Positions 28,135-37,296 of a DNA stretch of 46,900 nucleotides are shown in pieces. The stretch's first letter is position 1. The number at the start of each line of letters is the position of its first letter. Source of the stretch: Planctomycetota bacterium (GTDB lineage Bacteria > Planctomycetota > J058); NCBI GenBank assembly GCA_024711205.1, contig JANJTH010000259.1, positions 1-46,900 of the forward strand, in the 5' to 3' direction. The position numbers were made by a program, and so were the translations under genes. The notes under the pieces were generated by a model. That model searched no databases, was not told where the DNA came from, and saw only the letters and a program-made list of their open reading frames with translations.

Positions 28135-29538
28135 ATGCCGCGCACGGGAACCGGAGCTCCCGGGATCGGCGTCGTCGTCTACGACATCGACGCGGTCGGC
28201 GGCATGGAACGCCAGGCCCTTCGCCTCGTGGAACGCCTGGCCGCGCGGAACCTGCGCGTGACGGTCTTCTCGCCGCACCGCGCGACTTCCGTCGCCCTGC
28301 CGGGCCGGGAGCGACGACCAGGGGTCGAGATCATCCGGGTGCCCTTGGTCGAGGATCGCCTCTCGATCGCGGAGTGGTGGCGCTACTTCGAGGACCTCAT
28401 GGCCGCCGCGCTTGCGGCTCGCCCCTGGATCGACGTCCTCTACGCGGTGCACTACGCGGCCGCGTACCACGCAGTACGAGTTGGTCGCCTGGTGGGTCTA
28501 CCAGTCGTCATGAAGTTCGCATGCTCGGGCGAACACGGAGACATCGCCACCCTTCGCCGACGTGACCAAGCGGCTGACTTCGAGCGCGCCCTCCGGTGCG
28601 TGAGCCGCTTCGCGTGCATAACCGAGGCGGTCCGAGACGAGGCGCACGCATTCGGCCTGGACCCGGCCCGCACGGTGCTGATCCCCAACGGGATCGACCT
28701 GGCCGCTTGGGGTCGCGCCCGCGGCCCCACGGTCGGCGCCGGAGGCCAGATCCTGTTCGTCGGGCGTCTCGCCGAGCAGAAGGCGGTCGACGTGCTCCTG
28801 CGCGCGTTCGCACGCGTTCGAGTCGCCCACCCGAGGGCCCGACTGCTGTGCGCTGGGGACGGGCCCGAGCGCGCATCGCTCGAGGCCTTGACCGACTCGC
28901 TCGGCCTCGCGGGCTCCGTCGACTTCCTCGGTCGACGCGACGACGTCCACGACCTCCTGCGCGAAGCGGCTGTGTTCGTCCTTCCCTCACGGTCGGAAGG
29001 GCTCTCGAACTCGCTCCTCGAGGCGCTCGCCACGGGCACCCCCGTGATCGCCTCGGACATTCCGGGCACGCGGGAGGTCGTGCGCCACGAGGTCGACGGA
29101 CTGCTCGTGCCGGTCGATGACGCCGCCGCCCTCGCCGCGGCCATCGACCGCGTGCTCGGGGACTCCTCCCTGGCGGCGCGGCTGTCCTCCTCGGGACGAG
29201 CGCGCGCGCTCGAGTTCGACCTCGAGCGGGTCGCCGACGCCTACCTGAATCTCTTCGCGGATCTGGCCCGTGGCCGGAGGGCAGGCGCGTTCGGCTCCAG
29301 AGCGAGCGCCCGAAGGAATCTCCTGCGACGAGTGCTTCGGCTCGCGAGGCTCCTGAGTGCCGAGGAGGCGACCACGGCGAGGCTCTGCGCGTCACGTCTC
29401 CTCGGGCAATCCCGGCGGGCCATCTCGGATCGAGTCGTCGCAGCGAAGGCCCGCGTCGGCGTCGAAGGCCCGATCCTTCGCCGTCTCCTCGGCCGCGGCC
29501 ACCGACGTCGCCCGAACCCCGGCGGCCAGCCCCAGTAG
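28135..29538 (+). CDS. GT4 family glycosyltransferase (GT-B fold) with basic ~100-aa C-terminal tail
   Basis: IGVVVYDIDAVGGMERQALRL at the N-terminus, FVGRLAEQKAVDVLL and the EX7E-region PSRSEGLSNSLLEALATGTPVIASD. ATG at 28135 lies within track ORF 28102..29538. Confidence 0.85.
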   Translation: MPRTGTGAPGIGVVVYDIDAVGGMERQALRLVERLAARNLRVTVFSPHRATSVALPGRERRPGVEIIRVPLVEDRLSIAEWWRYFEDLMAAALAARPWIDVLYAVHYAAAYHAVRVGRLVGLPVVMKFACSGEHGDIATLRRRDQAADFERALRCVSRFACITEAVRDEAHAFGLDPARTVLIPNGIDLAAWGRARGPTVGAGGQILFVGRLAEQKAVDVLLRAFARVRVAHPRARLLCAGDGPERASLEALTDSLGLAGSVDFLGRRDDVHDLLREAAVFVLPSRSEGLSNSLLEALATGTPVIASDIPGTREVVRHEVDGLLVPVDDAAALAAAIDRVLGDSSLAARLSSSGRARALEFDLERVADAYLNLFADLARGRRAGAFGSRASARRNLLRRVLRLARLLSAEEATTARLCASRLLGQSRRAISDRVVAAKARVGVEGPILRRLLGRGHRRRPNPGGQPQ

Positions 29539-29553
29539 GCGTCCGGGGTTGGT

Positions 29554-31539
29554 TCACCGCTCTCGACTGGCGTCCCCCTGGCCGAGCGCCGTGAGCGTGC
29601 GCACCCGCTCGAGCGTCGGCTCGAGGACGCGCGCCCGGAGCGCGGCGCGCAGGCGCTCTCGGACCTCCGCCGGCACGGACCCCGGTCTGCGGGCCGCGGC
29701 CGCGAGGAGCCGCTGGTACGCGGGGAGCATGTCTTCGGGGTCGCGGAGCAAGAGCCCGTCGGGCGCAGTCTCACCGTAGTTCGCGAGGGTGACGTTCTTC
29801 GGCGGCCGCGGGACGGACACCTGTCGCGGCGTGACCTCGATGTGCGGGAGCGGGAGCCCGAGCCCCGGGACCGTGAAGGAGGCCCCGCCGGAGGTCGCGA
29901 GCGGGTTGTCGAGGTCGTAGTAGAAGTGCACGAGCACCTTGTCGCCGGGGACCACCTCGGCCGCAGGGAGGTGCAGGACGTACTCCCCGGCGCCGTCCGG
30001 GGTCTCGCGATAGGCGGCGGGCTCGGCCGCGCGCGGGGTCACGACGACGAGCCCGGGGCGGACGAGCCCCGTTACGACACCTCCCGGGTCGCGCAGCCGG
30101 ACGTGGAGCCGCCGCGTCCAGGTGTAACGGCTTCTGGCGGCGAGGTAGGCGCGCTCGACCTCCTCGATCATGGCGGTCGGGTTGACGCGCCGCATGGCCC
30201 GGCGGCCCTCGCTCACGCCGCGCGCAGCGACCTCCTTGGCCCTGGCGATCGACGCCTCCCAGCCGCGCGTCTGGGCCTCGAAGTCCTCGAACGCGTTGAG
30301 CTGCTCGGTCACGGGCACGTTGAGGATCGGCGAGAGGTTCACGCCGATCTCGTGCCCGATCGCCAGCTCGAGGTTCGTCGCCAGCTCGGCCACGTTCGTC
30401 TTGCAGACGACCATGCCGACCGTGAAGGTCCGGCGGACCGTATCGTGAAGCTCGAAGCAGCGGAGCGCGTTGCGGAGGACGGTCTCGAAGCGGGCCCCCC
30501 TGCGCAGGCGCTCGAACGTCTCCTTGACGAAGCTGTCCATGGAGATCGACGCGTTGAGCCGGGGGAACTTCTTCAGCTTCTCGAGCTCGCCCGACGTGAT
30601 CATGGTCCCGTTCGAGGTGAAGCCGAACACGAGGTGCGGGTTCGAGGCCGGGTCGAACTCGGCCACGAAGTCGCGGAACCGCTTGATCAGGAACGGCTCG
30701 CCGCCCTGCCACGTGAAGGCGTGCAGGTACGGGACTTTCGAGAGCACCTCGGGGACGACCTCGGCGCGGAGCTGCACGCCGATCGGCCGCTGGTGGTTCT
30801 GCGAGCAGTGCGGGCAGTCGATGTTGCAGTCGGCCGTCGAGATCATGGTGACCATCGTCGGCTGGTGCCCGACCACGGCGTCGCCGCGCCGGTACGACGC
30901 GTACGCCGCGCGGAGGTTCTCGGCCGACCGCGAGGCGTCCTCGAGCCGCTCGAGCGTCGCCTCGGCCCCGCCTCGGCGCGCGACGTAGGCCCGCCCGTTC
31001 GTGAGCACGTCGCTCCCGTCGGAGGACGAGAAGGCGAGCGTCTCGCCGTCGAGCAGGTAGCGACCACGACCAGCGCTGCGGACCTCGTCCATGGACGTGA
31101 CGGCAGGCCCGAGCGCGACCCCGTCCTCGAGCACCTCGAGCGGCCCTTCGGCCTCGACGACATCGGGCGGGAGGCGCCAGCCGAAGCAGTGCCCGGCCTC
31201 GGCCCGGAACGGCCCCGGCATCTCGAACCCGGGCTGGAGCGCGCTCGTCCAGCGATAGGCCAGGCAGTCCTTGCAAGGGTGGCCCTCGAGGTCGCCGGAC
31301 GCGTTCCGCCGGCGGAGGTCCTGGTAGGCCGGCCCGTTCCAGATCTCGTCGAGCGTCTGGACGTTGACGTTCCCGAGCGCCTTGCCCGTGTTGGCGTACG
31401 TCGTCCAGAAGCAGCACGGCACGACCTCGCCCGTGAGGTCGATCTGGAGCTGCTGCCACGGGTAGCCGCAGACGGACCGCTGCGTCGAAGCCAAGTCGCA
31501 CCTCGCGGTCCCGAGGATACAAGGTCCGCGCTTCACCAT
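29554..31539 (-). CDS. Radical SAM protein with N-terminal SPASM/twitch-like Cys-rich domain and ~300-aa C-terminal extension
   Basis: C-terminal 662 aa of track ORF 29554..32340. ATG at 31539 is preceded by GGGAGG. CNIDCPHC (CX3CX2C) is encoded at 30805-30828 (residues 238-245). Residues 1-120 carry 8 Cys, including CGYPWQQLQIDLTGEVVPCC (CX12GX4C) and HPCKDC. GGEPF follows the core motif. Confidence 0.8.
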   Translation of the reverse strand: MVKRGPCILGTARCDLASTQRSVCGYPWQQLQIDLTGEVVPCCFWTTYANTGKALGNVNVQTLDEIWNGPAYQDLRRRNASGDLEGHPCKDCLAYRWTSALQPGFEMPGPFRAEAGHCFGWRLPPDVVEAEGPLEVLEDGVALGPAVTSMDEVRSAGRGRYLLDGETLAFSSSDGSDVLTNGRAYVARRGGAEATLERLEDASRSAENLRAAYASYRRGDAVVGHQPTMVTMISTADCNIDCPHCSQNHQRPIGVQLRAEVVPEVLSKVPYLHAFTWQGGEPFLIKRFRDFVAEFDPASNPHLVFGFTSNGTMITSGELEKLKKFPRLNASISMDSFVKETFERLRRGARFETVLRNALRCFELHDTVRRTFTVGMVVCKTNVAELATNLELAIGHEIGVNLSPILNVPVTEQLNAFEDFEAQTRGWEASIARAKEVAARGVSEGRRAMRRVNPTAMIEEVERAYLAARSRYTWTRRLHVRLRDPGGVVTGLVRPGLVVVTPRAAEPAAYRETPDGAGEYVLHLPAAEVVPGDKVLVHFYYDLDNPLATSGGASFTVPGLGLPLPHIEVTPRQVSVPRPPKNVTLANYGETAPDGLLLRDPEDMLPAYQRLLAAAARRPGSVPAEVRERLRAALRARVLEPTLERVRTLTALGQGDASRER

Positions 31540-31687
31540 GGTCGTTCGACCTCCCGGGTTTTCGCGGGGGCGTGAGTTCGCGCCCCGCGTCCGTGCCGCG
31601 CGGGCCCCGGGGCCGAGGTGGTATACCCCTGGCGGCTCGCGCCCGACGCGCAGGTGGCGCGGACAGCGGCTGGCTCGAAGGGGGCGC

Positions 31688-33499
31688 GTGACGGCGACGG
31701 GTGACGACGCGACCGAGGAGCCGGGTTCGGGAGCGGCCGACCCCGCGAGCGCCCAGGAGGTCGACGCGGCGGGCGACGACTTGGTCGTCCTTCGCTTCGA
31801 CGCGGAGCAGCCCTTGGTCCCGATCCGGCGCGCTCGGCGAGTCACGGTGATCGGGGCCGGAGCGATCCCTCCCTGGCTGCGGCCGGCGCGGTGCGCGCCG
31901 CTCTCCGAGCTCCTCCGCCCTGGCGGGATCCCGGCGCTCCTGCACGAGCGGCCCCGCCGCGCCCTCGTGTGCACGCTCCGCGGGGTCACGGTCCGCGGGG
32001 TCCTCGCGGCGCGCCGCCACGGCGTCGAGTGGTTCCACCTCATGGACTCGTCGTCCTCGCAGTTCGTGTGCAACGCCCGGGGCGCCCTCGTGATCGCGGC
32101 GAAGCGAGAGGCCCAGCGCGCGCTCGGCCGTGCGCCCCTCCTCGCGCGCGGGCTGGAGCGGTGCTTCGGCTTCCGGATCAACCCGCGCTTCCCCTCGCTC
32201 GCCGCGACCGCCGAGGTCGCGCGGGCGGCGCTCGAGCTCGGACGGAGGCAAGGCCCACCCCCGCCGCACCCGCCAGGGCCGCTGCGGATCGTCCACTGCA
32301 TCGGCGCGCTCGGGCCCGGCGGCGCGGAGCGCCAGCTCACCTACCTGGCCACCGCTGCGCGCGCGGCCGGGCACGACGTGTCGGTGCTCCTGACCTACTC
32401 GAGCGAGGGCGACGACGGCCACTACGCCCCGACCCTCGCGCGCGCCGGGGTCCCCGTCCACACGCTCGAGGCCCTCGCGCGCTGGCGGCCGACGCCGGCT
32501 TTGCGCGACCTCGCGGGCCGCCCGCTCGCGCCCGCGCTCCTCGAGCCCCTGGAGGAGCACGAGGCCTACTCGATCGTCGTGCCCCTGATCGAGGCGCTGG
32601 TCAGGCTCCGGCCGCACGTCGTCCACTGCTGGCTCGACGAGCCGAACGTCCTCGGCGGGCTCGCCGCGCTCCTGGTGGGCGTCCCGCGCATCGTGGTCAG
32701 CACGCGCAACGTGAACCCGACGAATTTCCCGCGCTTCCACAAGATCTGGTACGAGGGCGGCTACCGCGCGCTGGCCGACTGCGAACGGGTGGCCTTCGTA
32801 GCCAACTCGGCGGCGGGGGCAAGGGACTACGCGCGCTGGCTCGGCCTCCCCGTCGAGCGCTTCACGGTGATCCACAACGGCCTCCCTCCCGTGGGCCCCG
32901 CCCTCGACCCGGCGGCGCGAGCGCGCCGCCGCGCGGCCGCAGGGCTCGGCGAGGGCGACCTGCTCGTCGCCGCCGTGTTCCGCCTCGCGCGCGAGAAGCG
33001 CCCCGAGGACCTCGTGCGCGCGGTCGCGGCCGCGCGCGCGACGGCACCAGGGATCCGCGTCTGGCACGTGGGCGTAGGGCCCGGCGAGGCCAGCTTCCGC
33101 GCCGCGATCCGCGCGGCCGGGCTCGAGCACGCCTTCGTGCTGCACGGCCGCTGCGAGGACCCCTGGGCCCTCGTCGACCTGGCCGACGTCACCGTCCTCT
33201 GCTCGGCGCAGGAGGGGTGCCCGAACGTGTCGCTCGAGAGCCAGGCGCGGGGGATCCCCGTCGTGCTCACGGACGCGGGCGGCTCCGCCGAGACGGTCGT
33301 CGAAGGGGAGACCGGCTTCGTCGTCCCGGTCGGAGCTCCGACCGCCCTCGCCGCATGCCTCGTGGAGCTCGCGCGCGACCCCGCCCGCGCCAGGGCCATG
33401 GGTGAGGCCGGCCGCCGCTTCGTGGCCGAGCGGTTCTCGATCGAGGGCATGGTCGCCGCGTCGCTTGCGGCCTACTCCGCCGGCTCCGCGCGCGGCTGA
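31688..33499 (+). CDS. GT4 family glycosyltransferase, possibly with ~190-aa N-terminal extension
   Basis: GT4 core from ~32270: LRIVHCIGALGPGGAERQL, FRLAREKRPEDLV and EGCPNVSLESQARGIPVVLTDAGGSAETV. Start is uncertain. GTG at 31688 has AAGGGGG upstream and high GC3 downstream. ATG at 32042 is a shorter alternative. Confidence 0.75.
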   Translation: MTATGDDATEEPGSGAADPASAQEVDAAGDDLVVLRFDAEQPLVPIRRARRVTVIGAGAIPPWLRPARCAPLSELLRPGGIPALLHERPRRALVCTLRGVTVRGVLAARRHGVEWFHLMDSSSSQFVCNARGALVIAAKREAQRALGRAPLLARGLERCFGFRINPRFPSLAATAEVARAALELGRRQGPPPPHPPGPLRIVHCIGALGPGGAERQLTYLATAARAAGHDVSVLLTYSSEGDDGHYAPTLARAGVPVHTLEALARWRPTPALRDLAGRPLAPALLEPLEEHEAYSIVVPLIEALVRLRPHVVHCWLDEPNVLGGLAALLVGVPRIVVSTRNVNPTNFPRFHKIWYEGGYRALADCERVAFVANSAAGARDYARWLGLPVERFTVIHNGLPPVGPALDPAARARRRAAAGLGEGDLLVAAVFRLAREKRPEDLVRAVAAARATAPGIRVWHVGVGPGEASFRAAIRAAGLEHAFVLHGRCEDPWALVDLADVTVLCSAQEGCPNVSLESQARGIPVVLTDAGGSAETVVEGETGFVVPVGAPTALAACLVELARDPARARAMGEAGRRFVAERFSIEGMVAASLAAYSAGSARG

Positions 33500-33744
33500 G
33501 CCCGGCACCCGCAGGGCCGAGCTGCCTCCCCGGCCCAGGGCACGGCCGGCGCGCTTCCCGTGCCCCCCGTGGCGCGAGATGACGACTACGGGGCGACGCG
33601 CTGGGCGACGCCCTCTCCAGGCGGGCCGCCAGCGCGGCGTAGCGCGCGCGGCCGTGCGGAAGCCGTTGATCTCCGGTCGAGACGGGACGCGACTCTCGGA
33701 GAGCTTGGGCGACGACATTGCCGGCCGTGATCGTCGGGAGACCC

Positions 33745-34760
33745 CGACGAAACTCGTTGTCGAGCTCCGGCGAGCTGAGCGCCGAACGATCGCGAAGGCG
33801 CTGCGAAGGAGCAAGGACGCGGAGTCCGCACCCGTTGCTTGGCGGTCCTCGCCTACTCGCGTGGGGAAGGAACCGTCCGGGCGTCGAAGGCGCTCGGCTA
33901 TGCCCCGTCCACGGCGATCGGCGCAGTCCGCCGGTACCTGCGAGACGGTAGGGCCGGTCTCACCGACAGGCGGAAAGACAACGGGGGGCCGAAGATCGTC
34001 GCCGACCTCTTCCAGGCGCTCGCCGAGATCCTCTCCAAGCACCCCGCCGACCTCGGCTCGGAGCGACCGACGTGGACCCGGGAGCTCCTGGCCCTCACCC
34101 TCGACCAGCTCGGAGTGGCTGAGGTCGGGGTCACGACGGTGTCGCGGGCCCTCGCGCGTCTCCGCGGCGAGTGGGAGGTCGCCAAGCCGATCGTCGGGTG
34201 CCCTTGGAGCGCCCGTCGTCGCGAGGAGCGCCTGCGCCAGATCCGCCGACTCGCGGCCCACCGCAGGTGAGGGGAGGTCGTCGTCCATGCCGACGAGATC
34301 GACGTTCACTTCAACCCGAAGATCGGGCGTGACTGGAGCCTCCCGCGCCGTCAGCCCCGCGTCCTGACGCCCGGGAAGACCGCCAAGCGGTACGTCGCCG
34401 GGGCCCTCGACGCCAGGACCCTCAGGCTCGTGTGGGTCGCGGCAGAGCGCAAGAACAGCGACCTGTTCATTGCCCCCCCCGCCTCGAGGCCGCCTACCCG
34501 GCCGCTCGGAGGGTCCACGTCGTCCTCGACGACTTCGTGATCCGCTCCTCGAAGAAGTCCGCAAGGGCGCTCGCGGAATCGAGCGGCAGGATCCGACTCC
34601 ACTTCCTGCCGCCCTGCTGCCCCGACGACAACCGGATCGAGCGCCTCTGGCAGACCCGCCACGCCAACGTCACCCGCAACCACCGCCACGCCAACATGGA
34701 GTCGCTGATGGCCGCCGTCAGGCGCTGGCTCAAGCTCCCCGTCGCCCAGCGGACCGCCGC
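33745..34760 (+). mobile_element. IS630-family transposase remnant, interrupted by at least three frameshifts (pseudogene)
   Basis: The HTH part ELRRAERRTIAKALRRSKDAES shifts frame near 33825. The next frame reads RCLAVLAYSRGEGTVRASKALGYAPSTAIGAVRRYLRDGRAGLTDRRKDNGGPK...PTWTRELLAL (track ORF 33839..34270). After a shift near 34268 comes VVHADEIDVHFNPKIGRDWSLPRRQPRVLTPGKTAKRYVAGALD...AERKNSDLF. After a shift at the C-run near 34475 comes RRVHVVLDDFVIRSSKK...LHFLPPCCPDDNRIERLW. Boundaries are approximate and no terminal inverted repeats were identified. Confidence 0.7.
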
Positions 34761-35025
34761 CGGTCGCGCCAGATACCTGGCGAGGCGCCTCGCGTCCCGA
34801 GCCGTCGCTCCACCGGGTCACCATCGTCGAATCCTGGACCCTGATTCAGTCGGCCTCGCACGTCCGGACAGCCCTCCGCGCGTCTCCGCGCGCGAGCAGC
34901 ATGGCAAACCGGCATGGCACCCGCCGGAAGCCGGGTCGTGGCCCGTGGGCCCACGCGACCGCCCTGGCAAGCTCCGGGGGCCCCATGAGACGATCCACAG
35001 CGGGAGAGTTCTCGCCGAGGGACGA

Positions 35026-37263
35026 GTGAGCGACACGACCCAGGCCGGCCAAGGCGACTCGAGGGAGTCGGGAGAGCACGAGCCGACGCTGCGCTCCAGG
35101 TCCGGCCTCGTGCTGCTCGCCGGCATGGTCACCCTCTCGTGCGCCTTCGCGCTCGGGTCGAACGAGCTCGGTGGGCGCCTCGGCTTGCCGGAGCTGGCCC
35201 TGCGGAGCAACGCCGGGCTCCTGCTCCTCGCGGCCTGGGTGTGGACGTGCAACCGCGTCCTGGTCGGCCCTCGAGCGCGTCGGGCGCTGGCGGCCCTCTT
35301 CGTCCTCCTGGACCTCGGGGTCCTGATCGCCTGCACACGCCTCGGGGCCGCACTCGCGCTCCCCGGGTTCGACCTCTGGGGCATGGACGGGGTCGTCCTC
35401 GCCGTCCTCAACCTCTGGGCCTTCGAGCGCGCGGTGGACGGGAAGCGACGAGCCCTCACCTCGTTCGCCGCACGCACGGGCTTGCCCGCCGCGCGCGTCG
35501 AGGAGCTCGCCGGCCACTGCGTCCTGGCGCTCCTGCTCGTTGGCCTCTTCGCCCACCGCGCCTGGCTCAGCGTCGCACTCGGCACGCCCTTCACGACCCC
35601 CGACAGCCCCTCCTATCTCGCACCCGCGCTGTCCGATCCCGTCCTGCCCCTGTCGGAGATCCGGACGCTCGGGGTGCCATGGCTCTGCTCGCTGGGCCTG
35701 GCGCTCTGGGGCAACCTCTCCGGAGTCCTGGCCCTCCACAACCTGCTCTGGGCCGCCTCGACGGCCCTGCTGGTGTTCACACTCCGAGCTCGCATGAGGC
35801 TCGGCGCCTTGCCCTGGCTGGTCTTCCTGTACCTCTCCCTGACGCAGAAGAACTTGTCCTTCGAGCTCACGCTCATGTCCGAGCACCCGTCGCGCTGCCT
35901 CTACACCCTGTACTTCGCCGTCCTGGTCCGCTGCTGGGGCGAGTGCCGGACTCGAACGACCCTGGCCTTGACCGGGCTCACCATCGCGAACGTCCTCGTC
36001 AAGCCGACCGCGATCGTCCTCGTCCCGATCACCGGGCTCGCCTACCTCATGTTCCGCCTCCGAGACCCACGCTTGCCCTGGCGCACCGTCCTGCGGCAAG
36101 TCGCCCTCGCCGTCGCGCTCGTCATCGCGTTCCAGGCCGCATACGCGTCCGCATACGCGGTCCGGTTCGGGCGCTTCGCGACCAGCGCCTTCACCGGAAG
36201 CGCGCTCTTCTCCCAGGTGGGCCACCTCGTCGACCTCGACGCACCCACCCACCTCGAGCTCAAGGCGGAGCTCCGCCGCATCCTCCCGCGATACGTCACC
36301 AGTTACGTGAGCCGTGGGGTCCATGAGCCGAACTGGCTCGTGTTCGGCTCCCTGGACGACCGCCTTCGTCGCGACTTCGGTGACCTCAGCCCGGGAAGAT
36401 CCGTCCGCGAGTACGTGGTCCGACACCGCGATCCGGCTCGAACCTTCCAGCAGCAGCTCGACGACCTGTTCAAGGAGCTCGCGGTCGAGGGGATCCGCGC
36501 CCATCCGGGGTCCTACCTCTCGCTCGCGTGCAGCGACTTCGTGCGGCTGTTCCGCGACGGGCTCGGCCCGTTCTACGGCGGAACGATCGACGACATCCGG
36601 AGCGCTGGCCCTCACGCCTGCGGCCACGGTTCACCTCCCGCGCTGCGGCTGCATCGAGAGGTCGTCGTCCGGGAGGTCCGACATGCCTACGTCATCGCGG
36701 GCGCCCAGCCGCCTGACACGGCGGCTCTCCTCGGTCGCGCGCATGGGCCCCTGCCGCTTCCGCGTGGCCCCGCCGAGCTCTCGCGTCACCTCACGGAGAT
36801 GAGCCTCTCGTTCTCCACGTTCATCGCCGAGCTCTGGAGCCGTTGGCGGGTCGGCTGGGTCCTGTTCGCCATGCTCCCCCTGGCCTGGCTCGTGCGCCGC
36901 GAGCACGGCGACGCACTGCGCCTCGCGACCTTGCTCCTCGTCACCGCGGCGGCCTACGGGGCGCTGCTCGCGCTGGTCTGCATCAGCGAGGTCGCACGGT
37001 TCGTCGCCAACGTCCAGGACCTCGTGTTCCTGGCCCTCGCGATCGTCGGCTGGGTGGAGCTCCGCGCAGTCGACGACCTGGTGGCGCGCGGCACCCGCTC
37101 TGCCCCGGAAGCCGTGAACGTGCCGCCGCTGCCCCCTCGGGACGAAGACCCGCGCGCCGAGGGCCCCGAGGTTGGCCGATCGGATCCTGTGGTGGCCGCC
37201 GGGGCCGAAGTGGGCAGCCCCGAAGCCGACTCGCAAGATTGCGATCCCCTCGCAGGGAGGTAG
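35026..37263 (+). CDS. Polytopic GT-C-like membrane glycosyltransferase candidate, paralog 3
   Basis: Distal part of track ORF 34432..37263. Motifs are TTPDSPSYLAPALSDPVLPLSEIRTLGVPWLCSLGLALWG, LTQKNLSFELTLMSEHPSRCLY, LVKPTAIVLVPITGL and CISEVARFVANVQDLVFLALAIVGWVELRAV. Start is uncertain: GTG at 35026 or ATG at 35126. Confidence 0.7.
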   Translation: MSDTTQAGQGDSRESGEHEPTLRSRSGLVLLAGMVTLSCAFALGSNELGGRLGLPELALRSNAGLLLLAAWVWTCNRVLVGPRARRALAALFVLLDLGVLIACTRLGAALALPGFDLWGMDGVVLAVLNLWAFERAVDGKRRALTSFAARTGLPAARVEELAGHCVLALLLVGLFAHRAWLSVALGTPFTTPDSPSYLAPALSDPVLPLSEIRTLGVPWLCSLGLALWGNLSGVLALHNLLWAASTALLVFTLRARMRLGALPWLVFLYLSLTQKNLSFELTLMSEHPSRCLYTLYFAVLVRCWGECRTRTTLALTGLTIANVLVKPTAIVLVPITGLAYLMFRLRDPRLPWRTVLRQVALAVALVIAFQAAYASAYAVRFGRFATSAFTGSALFSQVGHLVDLDAPTHLELKAELRRILPRYVTSYVSRGVHEPNWLVFGSLDDRLRRDFGDLSPGRSVREYVVRHRDPARTFQQQLDDLFKELAVEGIRAHPGSYLSLACSDFVRLFRDGLGPFYGGTIDDIRSAGPHACGHGSPPALRLHREVVVREVRHAYVIAGAQPPDTAALLGRAHGPLPLPRGPAELSRHLTEMSLSFSTFIAELWSRWRVGWVLFAMLPLAWLVRREHGDALRLATLLLVTAAAYGALLALVCISEVARFVANVQDLVFLALAIVGWVELRAVDDLVARGTRSAPEAVNVPPLPPRDEDPRAEGPEVGRSDPVVAAGAEVGSPEADSQDCDPLAGR

Positions 37264-37296
37264 GCTCATGCCGACCTGGAATGGAGCTGGTGCGAC

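Noticed and set aside
31540-31687. Search for a short RiPP-type precursor peptide ORF next to the radical SAM/SPASM-like gene
   Set aside because: No short ORF with a plausible SD and a non-shadow composition was found on either strand. The gene context is entirely carbohydrate-related.
29771-34564. 1597-aa ORF on the minus strand, the longest in the window
   Set aside because: The translation is extremely Arg/Gly/Pro/Asp-rich with no motifs. It runs out of frame over the rSAM gene and antisense to the GT4 and IS630 remnant. It is a typical shadow ORF of high-GC DNA.
33656-34935. Direct 9-mer CGGAAGCCG on both sides of the IS630 remnant as possible element boundaries
   Set aside because: It is a direct repeat rather than inverted, and it is GC-rich and short enough to occur by chance. 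It does not resemble IS630 TA-flanked inverted repeats.
34761-35025. In-frame read-through joining the transposase remnant to GT-C paralog 3 (track ORF 34432..37263, 943 aa)
   Set aside because: The absence of a stop codon is expected by chance at this GC content. The linker is Arg/Pro-rich, and the other four paralogs begin at positions equivalent to ~35026-35126.
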